64,000 bases of DNA from a virus. The notes under the pieces were generated by a model, which had not been told where the DNA came from, searched no databases, and saw only the letters and a program-made list of their open reading frames with translations. Made by a program: the position numbers and the translations under genes. Where the stretch lies: the IMG/VR virus record IMGVR_UViG_3300037499_000265, positions 63,506 to 127,505 of that record; one strand, written 5' to 3'. This document shows, in pieces, positions 36,123 through 44,029 of this stretch (position 1 is the stretch's first letter; every line of letters begins with the position of its first letter).

Positions 36123-36482
36123 ATGGCCCTATCGTGGCATCAGGCCCGAGCGGCAGGCTTACACGCATTGCCGTACGATATCGTCGGCTACCAGTTCCAA
36201 GCCGACACATACTGCCCGGGATGCATCGTTGGGCAACTCCCTACCGGCCCGGATGAGGCATACGACGGTTGGACACTGGCAACCGGTGTCACCATGACGC
36301 CAGAAGACAACTTGACCGAACTCGCGGCCGCATTCAACATCGATCGTGAGGACGAAAGTACTTTCGACCCGGGAGACTTCCCGAAAGTTGTCTTTCGCGA
36401 CTCGGCAGAGGACTACCCCTACGGGCACGACGGCGATGCCGAGACATGCGGCGCATGCGGCGGTACGTTGATTGACCCCTAG
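36123..36482 (+). CDS. Zn-binding hypothetical protein
   Basis: YCPGC...IDREDESTFDPGDFPKVVF...CGACG; RBS AAAGGATCACATC. Confidence 0.7.
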   Translation: MALSWHQARAAGLHALPYDIVGYQFQADTYCPGCIVGQLPTGPDEAYDGWTLATGVTMTPEDNLTELAAAFNIDREDESTFDPGDFPKVVFRDSAEDYPYGHDGDAETCGACGGTLIDP

Positions 36483-36538
36483 CGGCGGTACAGCCTAGGT
36501 CGTCCCGGACGTACGCGCGTCATAGCGCACCTAGGCAC
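36478..36538 (+). repeat. Intergenic three-stem element, copy 2
   Basis: CCTAGCGGCGGTACAGCCTAGGTCGTCCCGGACGTACGCGCGTCATAGCGCACCTAGGCAC. Confidence 0.85.
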
Positions 36539-36585
36539 GGGTCACTAGTCCGCAACGGGCTACCCGACAGAACGGAGTAACGACC

Positions 36586-37107
36586 ATGGTACACACCGAC
36601 ACGACACCGTACGCTCTCACGCGTACGGACGTCACAGCACTGCGCAAGGCAGACAGTGTCACTTTCCATTACAACGCCCTGGCCAACGTCCTGGACAACG
36701 GCGACCGCCGTTCGTTCGTGCGTGCGCACAAGCAAGTCACACTTGCCGAACGTGAGCGTGACCCGTTCTCGTCCGACCGTTTCCACGAGATCGATCTCGG
36801 TCCGGCAGGCGAGCAACACCGTGTGCAGAACTACGGCGATGGTGACGGCCCATGGACTGCCTTTGAGATGATTCACTCGGCACAAGTGACCGAGACATGG
36901 CGAACCGCCGCGCGTTCACTCAAGGCAGGCGAGACAATCGCCATGGTGTGGACACGCGACAACAACAGCGAATTGACTCGCGCGGCAGGCTTGCACGTGG
37001 ACTCGCTGACCATCGCGGTCGGAGTGAGAGGCAAGCCCGCGCGGCACTACCACGTCCATACCAGTATCACTCTGGACAACAGTGCCCGCATGATCCGACC
37101 TGCCTAG
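36586..37107 (+). CDS. Hypothetical early protein
   Basis: ACGGAG RBS; 173-aa ORF. Confidence 0.7.
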   Translation: MVHTDTTPYALTRTDVTALRKADSVTFHYNALANVLDNGDRRSFVRAHKQVTLAERERDPFSSDRFHEIDLGPAGEQHRVQNYGDGDGPWTAFEMIHSAQVTETWRTAARSLKAGETIAMVWTRDNNSELTRAAGLHVDSLTIAVGVRGKPARHYHVHTSITLDNSARMIRPA

Positions 37108-37184
37108 CGGCGGTACAGCCTAGGTCGTCCTGGAGCGTACGCGCGTCATAGCGCAACCTAGGCACTAGGTCGGAAGTGCCGGCC
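37103..37184 (+). repeat. Intergenic three-stem element, copy 3, plus pentaloop hairpin
   Basis: Near-identical to copy 2. Confidence 0.85.
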
Positions 37185-37203
37185 GTTACGAAAGGATCAC
37201 ATC

Positions 37204-37359
37204 ATGGGTAAGACAGAATCGCGCCGCGTGGCCACGGTCAAACGTCGCACACGTGTGACCGCGCGCCGACAGGCTACCCGCGAGCTGTGGCGTGGCAATT
37301 TCGACGCCATGGCCACTGGTGAGCGCATGGTCCGCCGCGTGCGCCGCGAGGGCGAGTGA
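37204..37359 (+). CDS. 51-aa arginine-rich peptide (missing from the track)
   Basis: RBS AAAGGATCACATC-ATG identical to that of 36123; MGKTESRRVATVKRRTRVTARRQATRELWRGNFDAMATGERMVRRVRREGE. Confidence 0.65.
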   Translation: MGKTESRRVATVKRRTRVTARRQATRELWRGNFDAMATGERMVRRVRREGE

Positions 37360-37362
37360 GCC

Positions 37363-37503
37363 ATGCTCGCATTCCTAGAAGTGCTGGCCAGTGTGGCAGG
37401 CGCCATGCTCGGTCTGGTCATTTACGGCCGCTACAGCAACGATGCTGCCCGTGAGCAGAATCGTCGTAACCTCGCCAGCATCGACAACAAGTTAGGGCGG
37501 TAG
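37363..37503 (+). CDS. 46-aa single-TM peptide (missing from the track)
   Basis: MLAFLEVLASVAGAMLGLVIYGRY... Confidence 0.55.
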   Translation: MLAFLEVLASVAGAMLGLVIYGRYSNDAAREQNRRNLASIDNKLGR

Positions 37504-37505
37504 TC

Positions 37506-37706
37506 ATGAGCAGACTCACTCTCACCATTGAAACGGACAACGCGGCATTTCAGGACGGCCAGCTAGGTCCCGAGCTCGGACGTATCCTCCACAACGTGGC
37601 AGAACGAGTCATCAAGCTGGCAGCGTACGGTCCGCATATCGACGGCCGACCCGTCGATATCAACGGCAATACGGTCGGGTCGTTCCGGCACGAGGTCACC
37701 GAGTGA
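37506..37706 (+). CDS. Small conserved-looking phage protein
   Basis: LTIETDNAAF...ELGRIL...DINGNTVG. Confidence 0.7.
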   Translation: MSRLTLTIETDNAAFQDGQLGPELGRILHNVAERVIKLAAYGPHIDGRPVDINGNTVGSFRHEVTE

Positions 37707-37933
37707 CGAACCTAGCGGCCGCCATGCCTCACGGTATGGCGGCCGTGCCGCGTCCTAGGTGCGGTCGGCGCAGCTCGGTAGCGCCAGTAGCGGCGGTAGC
37801 GACCTACGATGACACGGCATGCCTCGACTGCCAATGGCTTAACGCGCGACTGATCGAGCGTCCTAGGTGGGACACGGGAGAGTACGCGGCAACGTTGATT
37901 CGCCACATTCTCGCCCGGCACAGCCGGCGATAA
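37703..37933 (+). CDS. Hypothetical protein
   Basis: GTGA-coupled; contains CLDC. Confidence 0.45.
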   Translation: MTNLAAAMPHGMAAVPRPRCGRRSSVAPVAAVATYDDTACLDCQWLNARLIERPRWDTGEYAATLIRHILARHSRR

Positions 37934-37953
37934 GGCGATATCAATTCACGGAC

Positions 37954-38040
37954 TCCGTCGTTCCACGGCACCAGTTCGGGAAATTGCCGGCCTTGCAGAT
38001 TCCGTCATTCCACGGCACCAGTTCGGGAAATTGCCGGCCT
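37954..38040. repeat. Two 40-bp direct repeats (period 47, one mismatch)
   Basis: TCCGTC(G/A)TTCCACGGCACCAGTTCGGGAAATTGCCGGCCT at 37954-37993 and 38001-38040. Confidence 0.9.
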
Positions 38041-38170
38041 CCCCTGTCGGTCGAAACGGCAGCATTACGGAAAATGACCCTTTTTGGACGTTCGGCGCAT
38101 CGCGCGCGATTCGGACAAGTCGTACAACGCGCGCTTGATCTTAAGGCCGGTGGAAAACGGTGGCAATCGA

Positions 38171-38349
38171 CAATATTATGTCAACCTACGGCGCTCTGAC
38201 CAGCACCGATGCCAAGATCCAACTAGTTATGTCAACCTACGGCGCTCTGACCAGCACCGATGCCAAGATCCAACTAATTATGTCAACCCGCACCGCTCTG
38301 ACCTACATCGATACCGACCGATTTCAAGATCAAACTAATTATGTCAACC
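38171..38349. repeat. Iteron-like array: four copies of (AACTA[A/G])TTATGTCAACC with periods 51, 51 and 61
   Basis: TTATG starts at 38176, 38227, 38278 and 38339; the first two 51-bp units are nearly identical. Confidence 0.9.
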
Positions 38350-38420
38350 TGCAGCGGCATCCAGGTCACCGCTAGACATATCTACACATATGACCATCAA
38401 TGCCCGGTCTAAACTCCCTC

Positions 38421-38449
38421 TTGACACTCCCGCCGTCTCTTGCTACTGT
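38421..38449 (+). promoter_or_regulatory. Promoter TTGACA-N17-TACTGT (extended -10)
   Basis: Family consensus, followed by an ANGTR hairpin and an AGGAGG RBS. Confidence 0.85.
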
Positions 38450-38495
38450 AGTCAGTGAGTCGGACGTACCGACGACCTTTTTAGGAGGTAGCGCC

Positions 38496-38657
38496 ATGGC
38501 CCAAATTCACGTTTGCATCGACTGTGGAGAGTCGGTGGACCATCTGGAGGTCTTCCCCGGACCCCGGTGTCTCGACTGCTGGCGACCGATCGGCGAAAGG
38601 CAGGCGGCCACCATGACCGCCATCGACCTGGCACGAATGTGGGGATCGACCTCGTGA
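38496..38657 (+). CDS. Small Zn-finger-like protein
   Basis: CIDC...CLDC; AGGAGG RBS. Confidence 0.65.
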   Translation: MAQIHVCIDCGESVDHLEVFPGPRCLDCWRPIGERQAATMTAIDLARMWGSTS

Positions 38658-39055
38658 GCGACTACCAGGGCGAGCACCAGCCGGACGAGACCGGTGCACC
38701 GCTACACGACGTAGAATCGGTGATGCCGGACTACTACGCCCACCCCGAGTACTACCGCACCGGTGACGACGAGTGCGACGGCCCGAGCGAGCGAGCGATT
38801 CTCCGGAGTCGTGGCAATCCCGACGCCATGGTCTGGATACGGCGCGCGGTACCGCCCAAGGTCTACGACCTCCCCGGACCGAGCATCCGCCCGGGCGACT
38901 GGGTGACGACCAGCAGGCCGTACGCGCGCCGGCACGCCATGCACGCCACCGACCCCCGCCAGGACTGGCCGATCTCATCCAAGCGCGTGCCGGCCCGAGA
39001 TCTGCGCACGGACGGCAACTCGATCAACGAATGGGGATGGTTCCCCAATGCCTGA
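38654..39055 (+). CDS. ADP-ribosyltransferase-like (R-S-E) protein
   Basis: WIRRAVP...IRPGDWVTTSRPYARRHA...VPARDLRTDGNSINEWGW; GTG start. Confidence 0.6.
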   Translation: MSDYQGEHQPDETGAPLHDVESVMPDYYAHPEYYRTGDDECDGPSERAILRSRGNPDAMVWIRRAVPPKVYDLPGPSIRPGDWVTTSRPYARRHAMHATDPRQDWPISSKRVPARDLRTDGNSINEWGWFPNA

Positions 39056-39260
39056 CCCGTACGGCATCCCCGGACTGGAACGGTGCGAAGACTGTCGTAA
39101 GGTCTGCATCTGTCCTGGACCGGAGTGCCAGTGCATGATCATCGATGCGGCCGCTGCCGTGTTGCTATGCCACTCATGCACCGACGTTCGCGACCATGGG
39201 TTGACGCCCTGGTCACAACTTGATACTGTCTTACCTACCAGGTCGGACGTGCCGGCCTAG
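39048..39260 (+). CDS. Cys-rich small protein
   Basis: CEDC..VCIC...CQC...CHSC; its 3' end overlaps the next promoter. Confidence 0.45.
   Translation: MPDPYGIPGLERCEDCRKVCICPGPECQCMIIDAAAAVLLCHSCTDVRDHGLTPWSQLDTVLPTRSDVPA
39201..39229 (+). promoter_or_regulatory. Promoter TTGACG-N17-TACTGT
   Basis: Family consensus; its leader is shared with 41114-41148. Confidence 0.8.
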
Positions 39261-39276
39261 ATCGGAGAAACTCCAC

Positions 39277-39927
39277 ATGTCCCTACCGTTCACCATCACC
39301 CCGGGCCGCCAGTCGCCAACTGGCCGCGCTCACTGGCTCGACATCGCCTTTCACGACGGCCGGAAGGTCACCGGCAACGCCCGAATGGCATCTCACGTCA
39401 ACACCGACACTCACCCGGGCAACCACGACGAACCGCCGAGACACGTTTTCGTGCTCGACCTCTCGCCCACCCTGGTCGACTCAAACGGCAACACGGTCTA
39501 CCGCACCGCCGACCCTGACGCCGATGAGATCCAGGCCATGCACGCGGTCATCGCCCACCCGGTACGCGTCAACGGTGGCGCCTACCGCGGCACTCTCTAC
39601 ATCGAACGCGGCTACGACTCAGCCGCCGGCCGCCACATCGAGCCCGGCTCACACTGGTACCCCGGCGCCTGGACGTGGCGCGTGGCATACTCGTCCATCG
39701 AGCGCCTGGACGGCCCCAAGGTGACCGATGCCGCACGCTCGACCCTGCACGACCTGGCTCACCAGCTCGCCGAGACTCTCGGCACTCCCGAGCGCCTGCA
39801 CGATGACCGTGTGAAAGACGCTCAGTACAAGCACACCGAGGCCGTAGAGGCCGAGCGCAAGGCTCAACAACGCGCAAGCGAGACCTGGCAGCTCCTCTCC
39901 GCGCTGACGAATCCCCACAAGTCCTGA
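39277..39927 (+). CDS. Hypothetical protein with a C-terminal coiled coil
   Basis: Start re-called at ATG 39277 after a CGGAG RBS. Confidence 0.7.
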   Translation: MSLPFTITPGRQSPTGRAHWLDIAFHDGRKVTGNARMASHVNTDTHPGNHDEPPRHVFVLDLSPTLVDSNGNTVYRTADPDADEIQAMHAVIAHPVRVNGGAYRGTLYIERGYDSAAGRHIEPGSHWYPGAWTWRVAYSSIERLDGPKVTDAARSTLHDLAHQLAETLGTPERLHDDRVKDAQYKHTEAVEAERKAQQRASETWQLLSALTNPHKS

Positions 39928-39930
39928 CCC

Positions 39931-39960
39931 TGTCGCCGTGTCCGTCGTGACACGGCGACA
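39931..39960. terminator. Perfect 12-bp hairpin directly 5' of the tRNA-like RNA
   Basis: TGTCGCCGTGTC-CGTCGT-GACACGGCGACA; no U-tract. Confidence 0.5.
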
Positions 39961-39962
39961 AA

Positions 39963-40036
39963 GGCCCCGTATCTCAAATGGCAAGAGAGACCCGAGAACA
40001 GGGGTCTATATGCCGGTTCGAGTCCGGTCGGGGTCA
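39963..40036 (+). ncRNA. tRNA-like RNA with a non-canonical anticodon loop
   Basis: Acceptor GGCCCCG/CGGGGTC, D-arm TCTC/GAGA with GG, T-arm GCCGG-TTCGAGT-CCGGT. The anticodon arm GACCC-GAGAACAG-GGGTC lacks the Y32-U33 pattern. Confidence 0.75.
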
Positions 40037-40077
40037 CTGGAGAGCCGGACGTACCGGCTCGAAGGAGGGTAACCATC

Positions 40078-40179
40078 ATGGCCCACCAGCTCATCGCAAC
40101 CGCTCTACTGGCCATCGGCGGGGCGACCCCCGTCGTCATCGTGGCCAGAATGCTCCACGACCTGATCAGGAGGTACTGA
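40078..40179 (+). CDS. 33-aa TM peptide (missing from the track)
   Basis: AAGGAGG RBS; MAHQLIATALLAIGGATPVVIVARMLHDLIRRY. Confidence 0.55.
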   Translation: MAHQLIATALLAIGGATPVVIVARMLHDLIRRY

Positions 40180-40182
40180 ACC

Positions 40183-40887
40183 ATGACTAAGACGATCACA
40201 CTGCCCGAACTGAACGCCGATGTACTCACCTGGTCCGACGACTACGGCCACGCCCGCGTCCATGTGGCACACGGTGAGTACGTCTATCGGGTGACAGTCC
40301 AGCGCGACACCTACCCGGAACCGCCCGATGGCGACTACCTGGCACCAATGGTCTACCTGTCGGATGAGTACCGGCAGTCGTACGAGCACGCCGACGACGT
40401 CTATCGGGCATGGGAGTATTTCCGGCATGTGCATCGACACGCTGGCCGTCTTTGCCTTTTCGATCCTTACGACCTGTTGGCCCGGTACCTCCGGATCTAC
40501 TACGGCACGACCGTGGTCGAGTTCGCATCGCATCTCGGCTACAGCGGTCCGGCCGGCGTGTTCTTCGACACCGCCGAATGGCGAGAGCTCACCGGCTGGC
40601 ATCGAGACCCGGGAGAGATCCCCGGCGCCGGTGGCAACCCCGCGGCCGAATCCCGGTCGGTCTGGCATTCCTACGCCGATGGCGACGTCTACGGCGTGAT
40701 CGTTGAACGCCGAACGACCGGCATCACGACATGGGCCGATGGCCGAGTCGAGAGCGTCACCGAGTGGAACGAGCCGGACGACGATATCTGGTCGATATGG
40801 GGATACTACGGCGACGACGAGATCCCCTACATGCTCGCCGAGCACGCCACCGCGTGGATCGAGAACGACAAGCCGAAGGGACTCTGA
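40183..40887 (+). CDS. Hypothetical protein
   Basis: AGGAGG RBS; WxxYADGDVYGVIVE...WSIWGYYG motif. Confidence 0.75.
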   Translation: MTKTITLPELNADVLTWSDDYGHARVHVAHGEYVYRVTVQRDTYPEPPDGDYLAPMVYLSDEYRQSYEHADDVYRAWEYFRHVHRHAGRLCLFDPYDLLARYLRIYYGTTVVEFASHLGYSGPAGVFFDTAEWRELTGWHRDPGEIPGAGGNPAAESRSVWHSYADGDVYGVIVERRTTGITTWADGRVESVTEWNEPDDDIWSIWGYYGDDEIPYMLAEHATAWIENDKPKGL

Positions 40888-40891
40888 GTCC

Positions 40892-41083
40892 ATGGACGAG
40901 TACACCGAAACCCTGTTGACCACCGTCCAGGCCCGACGTTCCGACGACTCTGTCAAGACAGACCTAGAACTGATCTGCACGCAGTGCCCGGACGACGCCA
41001 GACCATTGTGTGACATCGAGCACGACGACACCCTCTCTGTACTGGTGGCCGTCGCACTGCACCATGCCCGAACCGAGCACTAG
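40892..41083 (+). CDS. Small Zn-binding hypothetical protein
   Basis: LICTQC...LCDIEHDDTLSVL...HH. Confidence 0.6.
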   Translation: MDEYTETLLTTVQARRSDDSVKTDLELICTQCPDDARPLCDIEHDDTLSVLVAVALHHARTEH

Positions 41084-41109
41084 ACATCCCGGTACAAACC
41101 TGCTACTGT
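41081..41109 (+). promoter_or_regulatory. Promoter TAGACA-N17-TACTGT
   Basis: Family consensus. Confidence 0.8.
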
Positions 41110-41156
41110 TACGCCTACCAGGTCGGACGTGCCGGCCTAGAACGGAGACACCGACT

Positions 41157-41828
41157 ATGTTCACAGTCACCGAGACCATTCACCACGGGCAGTATCGCAA
41201 CGTCCAGTCCGCCAGCGCTGACACTCTCACCGAAGCGGTCGACAAGGTCGTAGCGACGAGCCCGTACAACGTCGCCATGTCCCGACCGAAGATCAATGCC
41301 CTGACCGCGGCACTCGCCGAGCACGGCAGTGCCGATCACGGTTGGGCACGATACGTCCTCACCGCCGACTTGCGAAACGAACAGTCGAACGACCTCCACC
41401 CCACCGGCGAGTGGTTTCACCTGCCGTCCATGACTCCGCACTCCCCAATCGATGAGGACGCCGGAGATATCGGCGGTGACGTCCAGGCCGGACCCGCCTA
41501 CGCCATCTCGTGGCGTCGCCGTACCGACGACGACTGGGAGACGCTGACCCTGTACCACTTCGCCGCCGATGACGATGACGCCACGGTGCCGAACGCGAGG
41601 CAGGGCGTCCGGGTCGAGACCATGATCGAACTCGTCCGGCACACGGACGAGAACGACCCCGGCACGACCGAACTCGACTCTGACTGCCGGTACGAGTCCG
41701 GCATCACCGCCGACCCGCCCGGCGAACTCGACCATGACGCCGCACTCGCCAAGGCGAACGAGATGGCCATCCGGTACACCGTCGACAACCTCACCACCGA
41801 CCCTCAGACCCTCTGGTGGCCGTTGTGA
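41157..41828 (+). CDS. Hypothetical acidic protein
   Basis: Start re-called at ATG 41157. Confidence 0.65.
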   Translation: MFTVTETIHHGQYRNVQSASADTLTEAVDKVVATSPYNVAMSRPKINALTAALAEHGSADHGWARYVLTADLRNEQSNDLHPTGEWFHLPSMTPHSPIDEDAGDIGGDVQAGPAYAISWRRRTDDDWETLTLYHFAADDDDATVPNARQGVRVETMIELVRHTDENDPGTTELDSDCRYESGITADPPGELDHDAALAKANEMAIRYTVDNLTTDPQTLWWPL

Positions 41829-41871
41829 ACCGCGACGGGCTGCGCACCTGACACCCCTAGGAGGTATCACC

Positions 41872-42117
41872 ATGGCAAAGATCACCACCGACCAGCAGGC
41901 GGTCGACGCCGTCGCGACCCTACTCGGCACATCCGCCGAATGGGACGACGCAGCCGACTTCCTGGACGACATCGCCAACATCGTCGGACAGGTTCGACCG
42001 CACCCCGGCGATGCCGCAGCCACCTACCGGAACGACTTCCGCAAGGCGACCGGCCGTGAGGTCCCGATCGGATGGGACTTCACCGACGACGACACCGACG
42101 ACGACGACGACGACTAG
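41872..42117 (+). CDS. Small acidic protein with a poly-Asp tail
   Basis: AGGAGG RBS; MAKITTDQQAV...DDDTDDDDDD. Confidence 0.7.
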   Translation: MAKITTDQQAVDAVATLLGTSAEWDDAADFLDDIANIVGQVRPHPGDAAATYRNDFRKATGREVPIGWDFTDDDTDDDDDD

Positions 42118-42128
42118 GAGGTATCACC

Positions 42129-42497
42129 ATGGCACTCAAGACCGACCTGAACGTCAACGACGCCATCGACATGGCCGCCGAACTACTCGCAAGCAAGACG
42201 AGAGCCGAGTACGAACGCGGTGTACTGGAGACTCTCGGCTGGCTGACCGGCCTGACCGACGACGCCGATCACTCGTACCTCGCGGTACGACTGCATCTCG
42301 ATCTCGATCGGCTCTACCCGTCGAACGGTGAGCCCCACATCTCGACTTGGATCGGCGATGACGGCGCACACGTCGTCCAGGTCGACACCGTCGAAGACAC
42401 CGGCCACGTCCGGGTGAACGTCAACGACGGAACCGTGTTCGACGCCGACCCCGAGATCGATCCGGGCGTCGGTCTACGGCCCGACACGTCGCCATGA
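42129..42497 (+). CDS. Hypothetical protein
   Basis: Same 21-bp RBS context as 41872. Confidence 0.7.
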   Translation: MALKTDLNVNDAIDMAAELLASKTRAEYERGVLETLGWLTGLTDDADHSYLAVRLHLDLDRLYPSNGEPHISTWIGDDGAHVVQVDTVEDTGHVRVNVNDGTVFDADPEIDPGVGLRPDTSP

Positions 42498-42895
42498 CTA
42501 GAACAAGTGTTCGACGCTGGAACGCCCAGAATCGCCCTCAGAGCGCCGCAGAGCGTTCTAGGCACTCCCGGACGTCCGAAGTCCTGAACGCGCCGAGAGA
42601 CCCCGTCCTGGCTTACGAGGCACCGGGTTTTCGCGTGACGTTCTACGTCAGACAGTCGGAAGCGACGTTCACCACCGACCCGTATCGCGTCGCCGATGGC
42701 TTCCTGACCCACCGGCTAGGCCGCAAGGTCGTCGACGGCGGCCCGGACGTCCAGCGCTACCTGGACCGCTTCCTGAGCGACTACCTCATGCTCAAGGGCG
42801 CCGGATGGACGCGCTACGGCCAGAACGACCCTCACCGCACCCGCGACGCCTACGACGAGGTACGGGAAATCATTCATGAACGACTGACGCTGTGA
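42494..42895 (+). CDS. Hypothetical protein
   Basis: ATGA-coupled. Confidence 0.55.
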   Translation: MTRTSVRRWNAQNRPQSAAERSRHSRTSEVLNAPRDPVLAYEAPGFRVTFYVRQSEATFTTDPYRVADGFLTHRLGRKVVDGGPDVQRYLDRFLSDYLMLKGAGWTRYGQNDPHRTRDAYDEVREIIHERLTL

Positions 42896-43953
42896 GCGCC
42901 GCTCTGCTGGACGATCTCCGTTCAGCGCTGTGTCGCTACGTCGTCATGCCGGACGACGTGGCGGCCGACGCGGTGACGCTCTGGATCGCCGCCAGCCACG
43001 CCCAGACCGCCTGGACGTCCGCGCCGAGGCTCGTCATCAAGTCGCCCGAACGACGCTGTGGCAAGTCCCGCCTGCTCGACGTCCTGGAAGCCACCTGCCA
43101 CGCCCCGTTCATGGCGTTCAACGCCACCGTGGCCGCCGTGGTGCGCTCGATCGGCGCCGACGACCCTCCCACCCTGTTGTTCGACGAGGCCGACGCCATC
43201 TGGCCCGTGAACGGTAGCGGCGGTAGCGCCGAGAACCTACGCGCCCTGCTCAACGCCGGGTTCGGCCGCGGTCGCCCCGTCGTCCGCGTGGCCGGCACCA
43301 GCGCCACCGCCGAGGTCGTCAAGCTGCCCTCGTTCGCCATGGCCGCACTCGCCGGCATCGGAGACACCATCCCGGACACCGTGACCGACCGCGCTGTGGT
43401 GATCCGGATGCGCCGCCGCCTGCCGCACGAGTCCGTCTCGCCGTACCGCCAGCGTCGCGACGGCGCCGCGCTGCGCGAACTCAGCGTCCAGCTCGGCGAC
43501 TGGACGACCGGCGAGATCGAGAAACTCGCCGACTACGAGCCCGCTCTGCCCGTCACCGATCGAGCTGCCGACGTCTGGGAGCCGCTGGTCGCCATTGCCG
43601 ACCTGGCAGGCGGCAGCTGGCCTGAACGAGCTCGTGTGGCAGCAGAGTCGATGACCGCCGCAGCCATCGAGGACGAGGCCGAAGCCGGCCGGACCGAGCA
43701 CCGCATCCTCGCCGCGCTCCGCGACGTGTTCGACGCCGGTGGCCATGACCGGATGACGACCGCTGGCGTTGTGACCGACCTCGCGGTGTTCGGCATCACT
43801 GTCGACGCGACCGCTCTGGCTACTGCTCTACGGCCCTACGAGGTCCGTCCGCGGAACCTGAAGATGCCCGGTGGTGCCGTACTCAAGGGATACCGCCGTG
43901 AGGACTTCGCCGATGCCTGGACCCGCTATCTGACAAGTACGTCGGAGGGATGA
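42892..43953 (+). CDS. DUF3631-family replication-associated P-loop protein
   Basis: SPERRCGKSRLL, TLLFDEAD, ALLNAG, ALAGIG, DRAADVWEPL. Confidence 0.8.
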   Translation: MSAALLDDLRSALCRYVVMPDDVAADAVTLWIAASHAQTAWTSAPRLVIKSPERRCGKSRLLDVLEATCHAPFMAFNATVAAVVRSIGADDPPTLLFDEADAIWPVNGSGGSAENLRALLNAGFGRGRPVVRVAGTSATAEVVKLPSFAMAALAGIGDTIPDTVTDRAVVIRMRRRLPHESVSPYRQRRDGAALRELSVQLGDWTTGEIEKLADYEPALPVTDRAADVWEPLVAIADLAGGSWPERARVAAESMTAAAIEDEAEAGRTEHRILAALRDVFDAGGHDRMTTAGVVTDLAVFGITVDATALATALRPYEVRPRNLKMPGGAVLKGYRREDFADAWTRYLTSTSEG

Positions 43954-44029
43954 TCGAATCGACCCCTGCTCAATTGTTCGCTACTACCGCATTACCCGAC
44001 AGTCTAGACATTCTGTCAAACTCGTCTAA

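Noticed and set aside
38171-38349. Possible CRISPR array
   Set aside because: The repeats are short and non-palindromic, the first two spacers are nearly identical, and no cas genes are present. This is a tandem or iteron-type repeat.
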